A stretch of DNA of 64,000 nucleotides from Chrysomallon squamiferum (GCA_012295275.1 CM022670.1:9610001-9674000); one strand, 5' to 3'; counted from the stretch's first letter, positions 35,625 through 49,264 are shown. Program-made: numbers and translations. Notes: a model not told the origin generated them from the sequence alone.

Positions 35625-37095
35625 TATACTGACAAAAAAAGAAACTTCCGATTTGTACATATAGTATTTGTTGTGTTAAAGAATTCATTGTGTAATGAAG
35701 TTATATAAGTGATAATCCCCTTGAGCTGTATTATCAGGATTCATGTATTTTATCGATTATTTTTGCACTGTTAATCGTCAACAACATGAAACTTAATTGC
35801 ACTTTCATGCATGGTTAGACGTGTCCCATGTAGTATTCGGTCAGTTTGTTTTACTAGTCTTACTGACATTGTTGTCAACTGAACGAAAACGGTAAAAAAA
35901 AAAATAATAATAAAAAAAAGGAAAATAAATTACGTTTTTTTTTTTTTTTTTTTACATTATAGCATTTAGTATATTCCAAGGATATCCGAGAATTTACACG
36001 AACGGGCGATTGGCATGCTTGGTGCTGGCATCTCGACAGAAGACGTTGCAAGGCATGTTCGGAGTTCTAGTGGAGCCATACGAATTCTTCGCGTAAGATT
36101 TCGAACGACAGGAAGCACCCGAAGACTTGCCGCGTCGTGGACGTCCTCGTGTTACACAACGGCGTGGTCAAGACCGCTACATCGTGAACACGCCTTTGCG
36201 CCATCGATTCCAAACTGCCACTGCTACCGCTACTAACACACCTGGTCTTCGTAACAACCCAATCAGCGGGCAAACTGTTCGTCATCGACTGCGGGACAAC
36301 GGTCTACATGGACGACGCCCTTACGTCGGATTCGTTTTAATGCAGCGTCATCGTCTACATCGTCTTATTTGGGCACGTTGGAATACCGTTCCTTTTTTTC
36401 GTATGAATCCAGATTTTTCAAGATGGTGATGCGTCTGCCGCAAGAGAAATGAATGCTACACCGACTGTTGTGTTCTTCAGTGAGATCGTTTCGGGGGTGG
36501 AGATTCTGCCATGGTGCGGGAAGCCACTCCCCGTGGTTACCGTTCGCCACTAGTCTTCCCTGATGGCAATTTAGATGTTCAACGTTACCGCGATGACGTC
36601 CTCGTTCATCACGTGTTTCCTCTGTTCCATAACAAAGCCAAAATCTCGATTTTTTCAGCATCATAATGCCACCTCTCACACAGCTAGAGACACGGTACAT
36701 TTTCTTAGGACTAATAACACTGAGTTCATTGTTGACTGACTCGCTAAAAGTCCTGATCTCAGCCCTATCGAGCATGTCTGGGACGGTCTGGACATACGAT
36801 TGGGGCGTCATCCCAACCCATCTGCTAACGTCAACGAACTTCGTCAAGCGCTCATTGCAGAATAACAATTCAACACTTTAGTCAATTCTATGCGCCTGCG
36901 ATGCACTGCAGTGGTCAATTCAAGAGGGGTCAAAAATTTCTCCCAGTTTCTGTTAACCTGTGGCCGTGATTTTTGCACCAAACGATGCATAATGGAACAC
37001 TCTTTAAACTCATATATAACATTATTTTCCCGGTTTGATTCCATCATGTTATGTTCAAACAAAGTTAGCGGAAATTTCTTATTTTGTTCAGTATA
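35625..37095 (+). mobile_element. Tc1/mariner DNA transposon (Tc1-like), near full-length but decayed
   Basis: Imperfect ~26-bp TIRs (left tatactgacaaaaaaagaaacttccg; right, reverse complement, tatactgaacaaaataagaaatttccg) embedded in TA runs. Fragmented transposase ~36015-36900: HTH region, GRPR motif (PRRGRPRVT), ISGQTVRHRL..GLHGRRP, WNTV..ESRF, FQHHNATSH, KSPDLSPIEHVW. Several frameshifts and stops. Confidence 0.9.
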
Positions 37096-37382
37096 TATAT
37101 ATATATTTATATACTTACGGCAAATAACTCTCTAACACTATATGGTATATATATTGTAGAAACAGCTTCAAACGCTCGACAAGTTCTTGGCCTTTTCTTT
37201 TGTAACTTTCCTTTTCATGAAATCGTGAAGATTTTCTCCGGAACGGGTACCATCCAAAATCCAAAACTCCAAAATGCCAAAACTGATCAGCGGCCATTCT
37301 GGCAAAAGGTAATGCAATGGTCACACCTATATATCTCTTAATAATAATAATAATAATAATAATAATTATAATAATTATAACC

Positions 37383-37423
<41 letters not shown>

Positions 37424-38650
37424 AATAATAATAATAATAATAATAACAACAATGATAACATCATTCTTCTGTTAAATGAAAGTTGATTTATTCATGAAAC
37501 CTAATTTCCAACACCTACCTGATGTTTTCCTGGTAATAAACTGACATAAATTATTACTCCCCTTGTTTTGAAATGTTGTTTACTTTCTGTTGTTGTTGTT
37601 GTTGTTGTTGTTTTTGCATCATCTTTGCTCTACATACTAAATGCGAATTGATCAGCTGTATGATAAATGTACGAAATTACTGTTACTTTGAGAAATCAGA
37701 TTCTTTTTTCTTTTCTATTTTTTCTTTCTTTCTTTCTTTCTTCCTTTCCTTATTTATTTATGTACTTGTCTGTTTGATACATTCTACAAATAATCCAACA
37801 TATTTGTAAATTAGATAAATATTTAAAGGAAAATAATTAAATCTATCTGTCTTGTCAGCTTTATTTATGAAGAAAAAATAGAACTTTTCAGCTGAAAGAT
37901 ACATGTATATATATCTCGAAATCACTGCATGTAACGGCATAATATGATGACGACATTAATTACTGTCTTAAACTGATACATACTGATAATATAAATAACG
38001 TAAAATACACCAATATGCGTATTATGTCGAGCAAATATTTACATTGTATACTGAAAGAATACAAATGCGACTACAAATATCCAGATAAAAAAAATACACA
38101 TATATATATAAAAGACAAATAAATTAACAGCTTAAATAGAGAAAAAAATTTGTTTATTTGTAAGGTGAGTAACCAACAAAGAAAATTGTTAGTTATATAA
38201 AATAATATAAAATTTTGAAATTTATAAATAAATGATAATTAAATCACAATAGAGAATTCTTCTGACAAGTATTATGTATCATTAAATTAGTTAATCTGTA
38301 TACAGATCAATGAATTTCATTAACTGCATCTCTGCTTAACAATGAATCATAGTTGTAGATTATCTCTGTTATCCTAGGATATCATTATTATGAACAAACA
38401 ATGTACACCTATATGCACATCATATATGCATTACACACAGGCTCTCACACAAGCCTATTTAAATACACACACACATTAAGCACAAATTTAAATGTATATA
38501 CTCCATTTATTAAACAAACATAATTAAATATTATAAAATAATAGTATTTCTATTTCGAAACCTTTATCACTTATGAGATTTATATCTACCATTACACAAA
38601 TTTCTAAAAATCAAATTGCTCATTTGTGTCATTATTATTATTGCTTTTGC

Positions 38651-38722
<72 letters not shown>

Positions 38723-39409
38723 TTCATTCATTCATGACGTGTTTATTTACCATATAAACTGAAATGATTAGCGTTCAACTGTAAACATTAAATTTATGTA
38801 TAAAATACAATTTGTGATTTTTTTTTCTTGCCTTTTCCTAGAAAAGCTATTGTACCTTGTCGTTTATATACTCTGTAAATATACTATATAAATTACTCTT
38901 ATTAAGATAGTGAATTTTATTTAAGAAGAAGAGAAAGACGAAGAGGAAGAAAGACATGTTTGTCAGCTGAAGTTTATAGACGAATAATTTATTTTTTTAA
39001 AAAAAAAAAAATGTTTTTTTCTTCTTCTCTTCTTTCTTTCTTTCTTTCCATCTTTAATTATTTATATATTTATTTATTTATTCATTACGTGTTTATTTAC
39101 CATAGAAGCAATCGTAAATATTCAAGAGGACTTCAGTGTTTTATATTTGATCTAATCATCCAACGTTTATCTATTTAAAAATGTATATCAATATGAACAA
39201 CATAAAAGTAAAATGGAAACGAAAAAAAATCTAGCTGCTACGAAATTAATTTTCTTGTTGGTACATCCTGTGAGTAATCATGACAATCAGAAACATTTCA
39301 GTCCTAACTGCAATGCCTAAAATGCGTCAGCAGACAACAGTTTTACAACAAAATCTTCAGCGTTGACGACGACGTTCTAAATGTAACATTCAGAAATTGC
39401 TAAAATAGT

Positions 39410-42127
39410 TCATGGTGTGTCCATCCGTCTCAGCAGGCTGGCAGCTTTGTTGGCAATGATGCCGACGTCGGCACCAGCAGGAGCAACGTTGTCAAGAGGG
39501 TTTACCGGGTCCAGCAGGACAGGGCGACAGTCTCTGAAAAACGACGTGCGTAAATAAATACATTATCCATCATTTGAAATCTTGTTAGCAGCCTCTCGAT
39601 AATAATAATAATTAAAAATATAGCTGTTTCGCCTTTAAGAAATGCGTGGAATTTTTACCGTTTGTCACTTCTTGATCTAGACTTGCATTAATTTATTCAT
39701 ACAGTCTAAACCTTCTTTTACTGTTTGGGTTAAGTTATCATTATAACTGTTTGAGAATTAGTTATTAGCAGCTTATTGAAATTTATCTGAAGAAATTTCT
39801 ATTTTACTTACGGCAGAGGTCCATGAACTGCAGGTTTGTGTGTATTCGGCCAGACTATTTTCATCTGATGAATGTTTTTCAGATTGGCAATAACTTCTCT
39901 GAAGCGTTCATTCATATTGAACACAGCAGGTTCTCCCCATAGTTGTTCCCACAGATAAACGATGAGTAATTCGATGAAATAAGATTTCCCAGGAACCTCT
40001 TCAGTCTGAAAACAATCATTTGTTAATATTCGTGAAAATTCTGGAATATCACTAATCAAATAATTATTAATGACACAAGTAAAAAAATTATCATTTTGAC
40101 TTAATATTGTTGATTACTTAGTTAAACAAAAAAACAAAAATAAAATAAAGCTGCAAAAGAAAATCAATTGTAGTATAGTTTCAAAAAGTTTAGTTTAAAT
40201 TGGATGTTTTTCATTAACGTGTAAACAACCTTCTGTTCGATAAAAAGTCGTAACTCAATTTACATCTTGAAGTGTACACTTAGTTAAAAATACATTCAGT
40301 GATAAATAAAGAATGTTATGTTCGGATGCAACACATGATACTATTTTTTAAATTGTAAATTGTAACATTGTGAAGAGTTTTAATATTCGCGAATCTCGAA
40401 AACACTGAAGTAGGCTCCTACTTTCTTCCAGTACTTCACAAGTCGAATAAGATCCTTGACTTTGGAAGGAGCTTTATCAACAAATTCCGCTTGGAGCTGT
40501 GTGAAGCAAATCGAGTAGCATTTTTTCTCATCTTTATCCTTGCTTCTCATTTCTCTGAAGATTTCATCCATGTTGGACACTGAATATATCAAAAACAAAA
40601 TACTATTTTTTGTTTTTCACACGTTCGCTACCAAGCAATTAGATGATTTGGTAAAATAAATGAAATAACTTGAAATAGCAAGTTAACATAAACAAAGACA
40701 GTTGTATAGACATACACACACACACACACACATATATGAAATATGTGCAGATATATTTTCGTAGAAAGCAAGTAATTGTTGGAACAGAGCTCTGGATTTG
40801 TAATTCCACTTTACTTTACTCACTTGTTTTGTTGTTTTTTTTTTTCTGTAAATTAACCTAACTAGTATACCACACGTCTGCGTCATTGTATACAACAATT
40901 TTATCACTGAACATTATATATTAATTTTATCAACGTAACCGTCTACCATGATTATTTTAAAATATGCAGTTAAAGCTACTTTTCACCTTTTCCAGGAAGA
41001 TCCAGCGCTGGTAACAAGTCAACTGGAATATAGTCGTCATACCCTTTCAGGATTACTTCGAACTCGACGCCGAAAGGTGTAATCTTGATGTTTCTCACTT
41101 CTTTTGCCCAGTTACTGTCGTTCTGCAAATGACCCTTCAGATTTTCTAAGATACCTCTTAGATTTCTCATGAAAATGGCCATTGTGGGATAGTCGTTTAT
41201 GAACATTACCAAGTCCACATCTGAATTTCCGCGCAGGTCAGTCTTCTTTCCTTGAGAACCACTCTAGAAGTAAAAAGTTGTTAATGGTATTTAATTCATG
41301 CAGTAATATAATTGTAATAACAATAAGACAAGCATCTTTTTTCATTCTTCATAATCGATAGTTAAAAGTGGATTGGACCTCATTATTTTCTGAATAAACA
41401 ATTCAGTTACCAGCTGAATAGGAAATTTCTATATCTGTGTATCCAAATGTTTTCTACCAGCGGTACAATTCTTTCCTTTGTCTTTATCATTTTTAGGTGG
41501 CTCTTCCATTATATATAAATATAACAAAAATAGAGCTTACTCTTCCAGTATATTCTTCATGATACAGTCAAGCAGCTGTAATAGTGAAAACTATTTCTGA
41601 ATCTAACTTACCACATAGACTCTGTTAACACTGTATTTGGTATTGTGCTCCATGAATGTTTTCAGCCTCATTACAGCTTCTTTGCTTTTCGTTTTGTATG
41701 TTCGGTCGGGCCAAACCTTTCTCTGCATGAAACTGTCGAGCGATTCATTAGCTGCGGCTCCTTCTAGTATCCCTGGAAGTCCGTTTGCAGTGTTAAAGTA
41801 ATGCCTCAGAACTCTCCTGTGTTGTTCAAGACCATGTTTGGAAGCTAACACTTTGAAACAAACTGGGCATGCATTACTAGCTTCATGATGAGCATAAGAC
41901 AACGCAGATGTGTGCTTTTTACTAATCATATGACACAAAACACCAAATGAAGAACGTAATGTCTTGTAACAGATTGGACAATTCCGGCCAACGACTCTGT
42001 GGAACTCCTCCGAGTCGTGATGGCCTTTATCTTCTTTATGTTGAACAAGTCCTATTTCTGATTTCAAGCTTCTACCACATTCTGAACAAACAGTACCGTT
42101 GAGATACTGGGACAGAAAAGATGCCAT
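39410..42127 (-). CDS. OAS: 2'-5'-oligoadenylate synthetase-like nucleotidyltransferase with three N-terminal C2H2 zinc fingers (OAS-A, ~422 aa, 5 coding exons)
   Basis: Exons 41612-42127, 40987-41263, 40422-40579, 39812-40005, 39410-39533, all GT-AG and in phase. Motifs LDSFMQRKVWPD, SGSQGKKTDLRGNSDVDLV (GS + DxD), VDLLPALD (third Asp), YSICFTQLQAEFV, VKDLIRLVKYWK, SYFIELLIVYLWE, RPVLLDPVNPLDNV. Three Cx2Cx12Hx5H fingers in aa 14-109. Confidence 0.9.
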
Positions 42128-43092
42128 TGAAAGCAGCAAAAAGATAAATATTACTGAAAGCTGGAAAAAAAAAAAAATAATAATAATAATAATAATAAAT
42201 TCTAAAAGATAAGTGAAGAAGTGAATATATTTTCGTGTGACTGATTTTGATAAGTGCGTGGATTTCTTTTGTTTTGGTTTTTTGGTTTTTTAAATATTAC
42301 TGATTTATCTATTTCAAATCAACTTTATTTAGTTGTCACTATCAATTTCGACCAAGTTTATTTTTACCAACAAGGATCGTAAATTTATCTCCATAAACAC
42401 ACCAATGATTTATATGATTATACATTCTCTACAGCCATTACTATGCAAGTTACTGGACAATTCAATATAATATTATATATAGATTAATCTGCATTTGTCG
42501 ATGACTGCAGAAATACACTAAATATACAAATGTAAATAAATATGACATAAATGTATGTATAAAACACAATCTGTGATTTTTTTTTTTGCCTTTTCCTAGA
42601 AATGCTATTTTAGTTTCTTATTTATATAGTATATACATATACTATATAAATTACCTCTTATTTAGACACTGAATTGGATTTCTGAAGAAGAAAGAGAAGA
42701 ATGACATGTTTGTTTTGAAGAAAAAATGCCTTTTTTTCTCTTTTTTTCTTTCTTTATTTCTTTAGTATCTGTTGTTGGTGTTGGTGTTGTTGTTGTTATT
42801 CATGTCCAAATTTGATGAAATTCTGTCCATCGTAACAAATGTAAATACCCCAAATAAAGCGAATACTTTGAAAGTTTTCGGCATTTTAGTTTCTACACCT
42901 TGTATTCGTATTATATCGAAAAAATATCTAAATATTTTCATAGTGTTGAGTAACGCCTACAAATATCAGTATTAAAAATGCACACATATATAAAAGACAA
43001 ATAAAATTAACAGTATAAATAGAGAAAAAACAAAATATTCCCATACCTGTATAGTGAACAACCAACACAAAAATGATTAATAACGCCCACTT

Positions 43093-43197
43093 GAAATTTT
43101 CCTAGTAATTCTGACGTAAACTCTTTGCTTTTCCTAGAAATCTGTTTCCGAAAGGTATTTTTCTATATAAACTTAAAAGCATAACCTGGATATTCCC
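43093..43197 (-). promoter_or_regulatory. Putative OAS-A promoter motif cluster (kappaB-like, CRE-like, STAT/GAS)
   Basis: Just upstream of a candidate non-coding first exon (donor AG|gtatgg at 43047/43046): GAAATTTTCC 43093-43102, TGACGTAA 43112-43119, TTCCTAGAA 43131-43139, GGATATTCCC 43188-43197. Motif matches only. Confidence 0.3.
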
Positions 43198-45414
43198 AAC
43201 ACAGTGATCACCTCCGACTCTGATCAATAATTGTGCGAACACACAGACATCCAGTTTTTTTGTCTTTATACAGATATTGTCTAAACTGAAAGTTGTAAAG
43301 TTTAAAAAGGCTATATTTAGCTTACGATAATATTTCCGTGAATCGATACGTGCTAAACAAAAGATTGCTTTGCATTGCGACACAAACGAGGGGTTACCTC
43401 AAAATACACAGTTTCCTTCATAGGATCACTCTATACATAGTATTTGTACATATGCATATATCTTCGCGTTTTCTGATTTTACCGTTCACGCATTATAATT
43501 CACATGTAATCTCTATAAAGATTAGCGTCAAAATACGCAACCATTTGATGCTGAAAATAATTCTATCTATATTATATATAACTTTATATAGCATTAATTT
43601 CGTGTATGTAGAAAATACGCAGAGAAAGCCTTCATCTAAGCTACTTGAAATATAATTTAAAAAATCATTGTTGGTAAGCGAGCACGTTATTAGATAATTG
43701 TATTAATGTTATGATTCCATCAGTGCATCCGTCAGCTGTGTATTATTGTGTCCTGCGGTACAGTATCAGGTCGCTGTTAACCGCACACACAGTCACACAG
43801 GTAATAAAGAAATGAACTAAGTAGCTAGATTGTAATTATCATGTACCACTAAACAGAATTCATTTTCGGACTATTTATTCATCTTTTCTACTCTCTGGAC
43901 TATAACAGATATGTTCTCGACTAACATGGTTTTAATTTCGAAAGACTAACCCCATCCACCCCAACCCGACTTGTACACCTGTATTAATCACCGAGGTTTA
44001 CAAACATCACATTCCATTTATCCCTTCTCATAAGCGGTTCCACAAGCAGCAATCGTGTATTTTCCAGTGGGAAAAACAGTCTGCAATTTAAAATGGAACA
44101 AATAACTGTTCCGTATTTCGAACAGTTAGCGAGGTCTTGCATCATCCTATATTGAGACGACCCCTCTAGTTCAAACAGATCAGTGCTTTACGGGCGGAGG
44201 TGTTGGGTTTTTCCTGTATTCCGTTTACAGTTGACAAATACATGTATTATACCTCAGCCTATATCTGGCGAGGAACCAAAGATAATCAAGCAAGTATCTG
44301 AGCTACTCTTAGCCAGAGGACACTAAGACTAAACTGTAGGTTATCCTCGTATATTTTATTATTACATAACATTAGCAAATACTCATATATAAGTGTATCT
44401 GCACAACATACATACATTAGGCATAGGCATTCACACAAACATATTTAAATACACACATTCACTATTTTCAAATGCATGTACTCTACTTAAACATTTTCTT
44501 ATTTGGTTTATTCACTATTATTTCATCATCGATCAAAGCCAAAAACAAAAAAGCACAACAATAAATAAAATGATAAACAAAGAAACAAAAGAGTAAATTA
44601 GAATCTTTCTTTAATTCGTAATTTATCAGTTTATTTTACTGCAGTTGGCAGTTATCAACATGAAACACAAATAAGAAAATTAAGAAAAATTATCAGTTAC
44701 AATTTGACAACAAGCTACTCAAACCTTTAGTTTATAGCATGATCCAAGAACTAGGGATTTTCAGATATTTAAGTACTTTTTAAACTAACTGAATAACCAC
44801 AGAGAAAGGATCAGGTATCTCCCTACCCAACTTTTTCCAGTGACAACGAAGAATCTCAAGTGAAACGAGCAATAAACACACGTACGTTTCAGTTACTGGA
44901 GCATTCTTGATATAATGTGAACAAATGTTCAGTAATATTATCAGTAGTTAGGTGTTGTATAATGTAAAAAGAAAAATCCTACTCTTTTCCATAAATTACG
45001 TTACTGTACATTATGATGCTAGTTATTTCAAAATGACGAAGGTAAAACTTTGTGAAACGTGGAGTAACATCTAGTTTCTTCCTATAATGTATCTGGTACT
45101 CATATTGTGTAAGTTTTTTCCACTCGAAGCGAAGACAACAACAATATTTTCATAAATGTTTCTTTAGCATCAGCTATATAAACTAGCTGCTTTATACTTA
45201 AGCTTAATTTTATGTGTTAAGAGAATGCCATAACATCTACTTGAAACAGCTTATGATAAATATTTAACGTAGCAATGGTTAAAATGTATACTAAAGCAAC
45301 AAAACATGTTATTAAATACAAACAATCAAAAAATAATTGCGCTATTGTAACTATAAAAAATGAAAATAAAACGAATCTAAAATTTTTTTTCAAATGTTTA
45401 ATTACATCACTTGC

Positions 45415-45460
<46 letters not shown>

Positions 45461-45713
45461 AAACTTACGAAGATACACAAATAAGCTCTCAAAATACACA
45501 AGAAATAAAAATACAAAGAAAAAGAAACAACAGCAATGAAGAACATGAAGCGCGTTACAACACTTTGCGTTTGTTTTCCTGTCAATCTGATTGAGTACAT
45601 CCTAGTCTTACATCTATACAGCTAATTTAATTTTTCATATCAGTATTTATACATGTATATATATGTCAGCTACAGACTGTAAACAAGAAACTGTTCACTG
45701 CAGTGTTCATCTT

Positions 45714-47592
45714 TCAACGCATTCTCTGAAGGGTTCGCCTAGCTTCACTCATGATAGCATTAACATCAGATTGACGTGGTGGTGCCAGGTTGATGAAAGG
45801 ATTCCCCGCATCCAAAAGGACAGGTCTTGGTCTACAAAAAGAATCCGAAATGAGACTAATAGACTCTAGTACTGCCTTCACAATGTTGTCATATTTAAAA
45901 AAAAATTGGTGTTTATTGTTTTTTGTGAAGTTTATTTTACAGACATTTGTGGGTGTAAGTACGTATCTTTGTATCTATATGTGTAAGTACCTATGTACAT
46001 ATGTATTCAACTTAAATGAAAGGATTTACAGAAAAAGAGGCAAGATACTAGCAAATGAAATATATGTAATTATATTAAACACTTCTCTGAAGATAAAGAT
46101 GGCGACAGACTCAGCAAATAGTCAATATTCAGGTCAATTCTCACAAACATCAGATGCCTCTAACAAGACTCGAACCTGCCTCCCATTCACTCGTAACCAC
46201 TGGCGGACTACTCAGTACGAGATGGTATGTATCTATGAATATATGGTAAAACATATACGTAGACGTTTTAATCTTTACTTACAGAATCCTTCTGTACCTG
46301 GACGCGTTATAGCGATCTTCCCACAATACTCTTATGTTTGAAAAATCTGCCAGTGCTTCCATAACTTTCTGGAATTTCTGCTTCATTGAAAAACTCTGAG
46401 GTTGTCCCCATTCTCGCCACCAATGTATAATGAGGAGTTCGACGGCATATGATTTAAGTGGGACGTCACTGGTCTGTAAACAGAATATTCAAAAATACGT
46501 TCAAAGAAAAAAAGAGTGTGTAATACCAAATACTGCAAGACATGATTTTAATATTAGATAAGAAAACATTTATATACGTTATCTTTGAAATTTCATTAAG
46601 TCTATCAAGTTATTATAAAGATCTAGCTTTCTACCAGCATATATTTATCATTTAATTATGCTTCCTTATTTATTTATTTTTTTTATTATTATTATTATTT
46701 AAATATTTACTCATTCATTCATATATTCAGTCAGATATTACTACAAAATACATACATCTTTCCAGTACTTGACAAGTCGAATCAGATTTTTAACATTGAC
46801 AGGAACATCTCTCACGAATTCTGTTTGCCTCTTTGACAAACCGGCAGAATAGTTTCGCCTGTGATCTTCCGGTACTGTCTTCATTTCATCATAGACAGAA
46901 GACAGCGTTTCTGAAATTACGAAATGACAGAGAAATTCCACTCTGAACTCTATTTCTGTCTGTGTGTGTTACAGTGCATGTTTCTGAAATCTAAGGTTAT
47001 ATAATAATAATAATAATAATATATGTTTCTATTAAAAATTTGTTTCAAGATAATAATCATTTTATTTCGTGAATTTCTGAATAACTGAAATATTGGCTAC
47101 ACAGATCTATTTTTCTTGATATCTTGTAAATTGATTACGTTCAAATCATTTTATATATTATCAAAAAAACAACAACACCCCCCCCCCATTCAAATACATA
47201 ACAAATAAAGAATTAATCCAGGTGCTAAGTGGCGATTCTTGTTTTGAAGACAGACAAATAAAGTGATGAGAAACGAGAGGAAAATGATGACAACGCGTTT
47301 TCAAACTGATCTTACTGGTAGCAAGAAGATCCAGTGCTGGAAGAAGATCGACTTCAATTGGTTTCTGGTAACCGGGTAGTGTCACTTCAAACTGCTCTGC
47401 GAATTTGGTTCTCCCAAGATTTTTTGCTTCTCTTGCCCAGTTGAAATCTTTCCTCACATGTTTTTCCAAATCATCTAATATTCGTGGCAAGCCAGACCGG
47501 AACTTGTCCATCGTTTTATAGTCGTTTGTAAACATCAAAAGATCAACATCCGAGCTATCCAAAATATTCGTTGACTTCCCCAAAGATCCTCC
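45714..47592 (-). CDS. OAS: Second OAS-like gene (OAS-B), 5'-incomplete; exon-2 acceptor non-canonical, possibly a pseudogene
   Basis: Exons 47316-47592, 46756-46910, 46283-46473, 45714-45831 are open and in the same phases as OAS-A. Motifs GGSLGKSTNILDSSDVDLL, VDLLPALD, VKNLIRLVKYWK, SYAVELLII, RPVLLDAGNPFINL. No first coding exon is visible before the N gap. Confidence 0.8.
46156..46215 (-). repeat. Degenerate tRNA-derived (SINE-head-like) fragment in an OAS-B intron
   Basis: Minus strand shows A-box-like TAGTCCGCCAGTGG and B-box GGTTCGAGTC only ~20 nt apart; too short for a real tRNA. Confidence 0.3.
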
Positions 47593-47887
47593 ATAGAATC
47601 ATGGAAATAAATATACTGATATTATACATACATACATACATACATACATACATACATACATACGTTATATATATATATATATATATCAATGAAATAAATA
47701 ATATCTATGTCGGTTAATATTCGCTCTCTCTCTTTCTCTCTCTGTCTTTCACACACACACACAAACACACATACACACACACTCACACACAAATAAGACT
47801 GAAATTGACATTTTACTGGAAATTGCTTTAATTTTCCTATTTTCTACACAATTAGTGGATAATTCTCAATGCCATAGCCATTCTCAA

Positions 47888-48087
47888 NNNNNNNNNNNNN
47901 NNNNNNNNNNNNNNNNNNNNNNNNNNNNNNNNNNNNNNNNNNNNNNNNNNNNNNNNNNNNNNNNNNNNNNNNNNNNNNNNNNNNNNNNNNNNNNNNNNNN
48001 NNNNNNNNNNNNNNNNNNNNNNNNNNNNNNNNNNNNNNNNNNNNNNNNNNNNNNNNNNNNNNNNNNNNNNNNNNNNNNNNNNNNNNN
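47888..48087. other. Assembly gap (200 N)
   Basis: Run of exactly 200 N; likely a placeholder of unknown true size. Confidence 0.99.
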
Positions 48088-49225
48088 GCTAAGCATATTT
48101 ACAATGCAGGAAGGTTCTTGCTTGAGATGCGAATTCAGCGTTATGTTTCACTACGCTAGTTGACGTTTGAAACAAGGACAGCAGTCACGCCGGTTTTCGC
48201 TATTAATCGAGCGTGTCGCAACATTTCATTAAAAACCACAAAAAAGAAAAAAAGCTACATCACAACAACAAAACATACTCACACTCACACAATAAAAAAA
48301 ATAAACTCACCCAACAACCTCTCAATTCTATCTCTCTCTCTGACCCTCTAACATACAGCTAAAAATAGATATACCCAACATAGTAGTAGTAGTAATAGTA
48401 TTTTTATATACAATGACACGGATTTCATATATCACAATGAATCGGACCAAAAGTGTAATTTTTATTCAAGTATATTTATAAATTGTCAAAAGATTTAAAA
48501 CGTACCAGTTTTAACATATCGTGATAAAAAGATCTTGAATCACAATCCCCTTGCTTACAAAGAAATCCTGTATGTCATGGAACTATGTGGCAATAAATGA
48601 ATTATATGTGGAGGGTGTCTGTATGTCAGTACGTATGTGTATATACACGTGTACAATTTAATTCCCTGTAAAGTGTACGTGAATGTGGAATAAAATTGAT
48701 ATTAACGCTGACTTAATCCTTTTAATGTAATGTTAACAAAACACTGACATTATTCTAAAACACGAACATCGATCAAAGATGACGCAAAGAGCTACGACTG
48801 TAAACCACATAAGTAAAACTTGACACGTGAAAACAAGAGCCTGCTATCGTCAATTACTATGCAACGTCTCCTGTATCCCGCTACCAATTTAAAACAAACA
48901 GTGACTGAAGATAAAATATCTAAGAATACACTTACCTTGCTGTACCGGTACGTCACAAAGTTCAGAAACAGGTCTGTGATGATCTGAGGTGAAAATATAT
49001 TTTATTTTTCCAGGCTGTGTAAAGTGTGCTAACAGTTAACACCTATAAACGCTTCACTAAACAGGTTTCAACGACTTGAAAGGAAAATCATTCAACGACA
49101 AACTCCGCTTTGTAAATTAACTTCCTGATTTAGACTGCCAATACATACCCCGATAACTGTAACATTTTCTTCGCGACTACTGGTTTTCTCTTGGTTAACT
49201 AAAAACAGTGTATTACCAAACTCAC

Positions 49226-49264
<39 letters not shown>

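Noticed and set aside
45790-46341. 183-aa plus-strand ORF
   Set aside because: Antisense to an OAS-B intron and exon ends, with low-complexity composition and no motifs.
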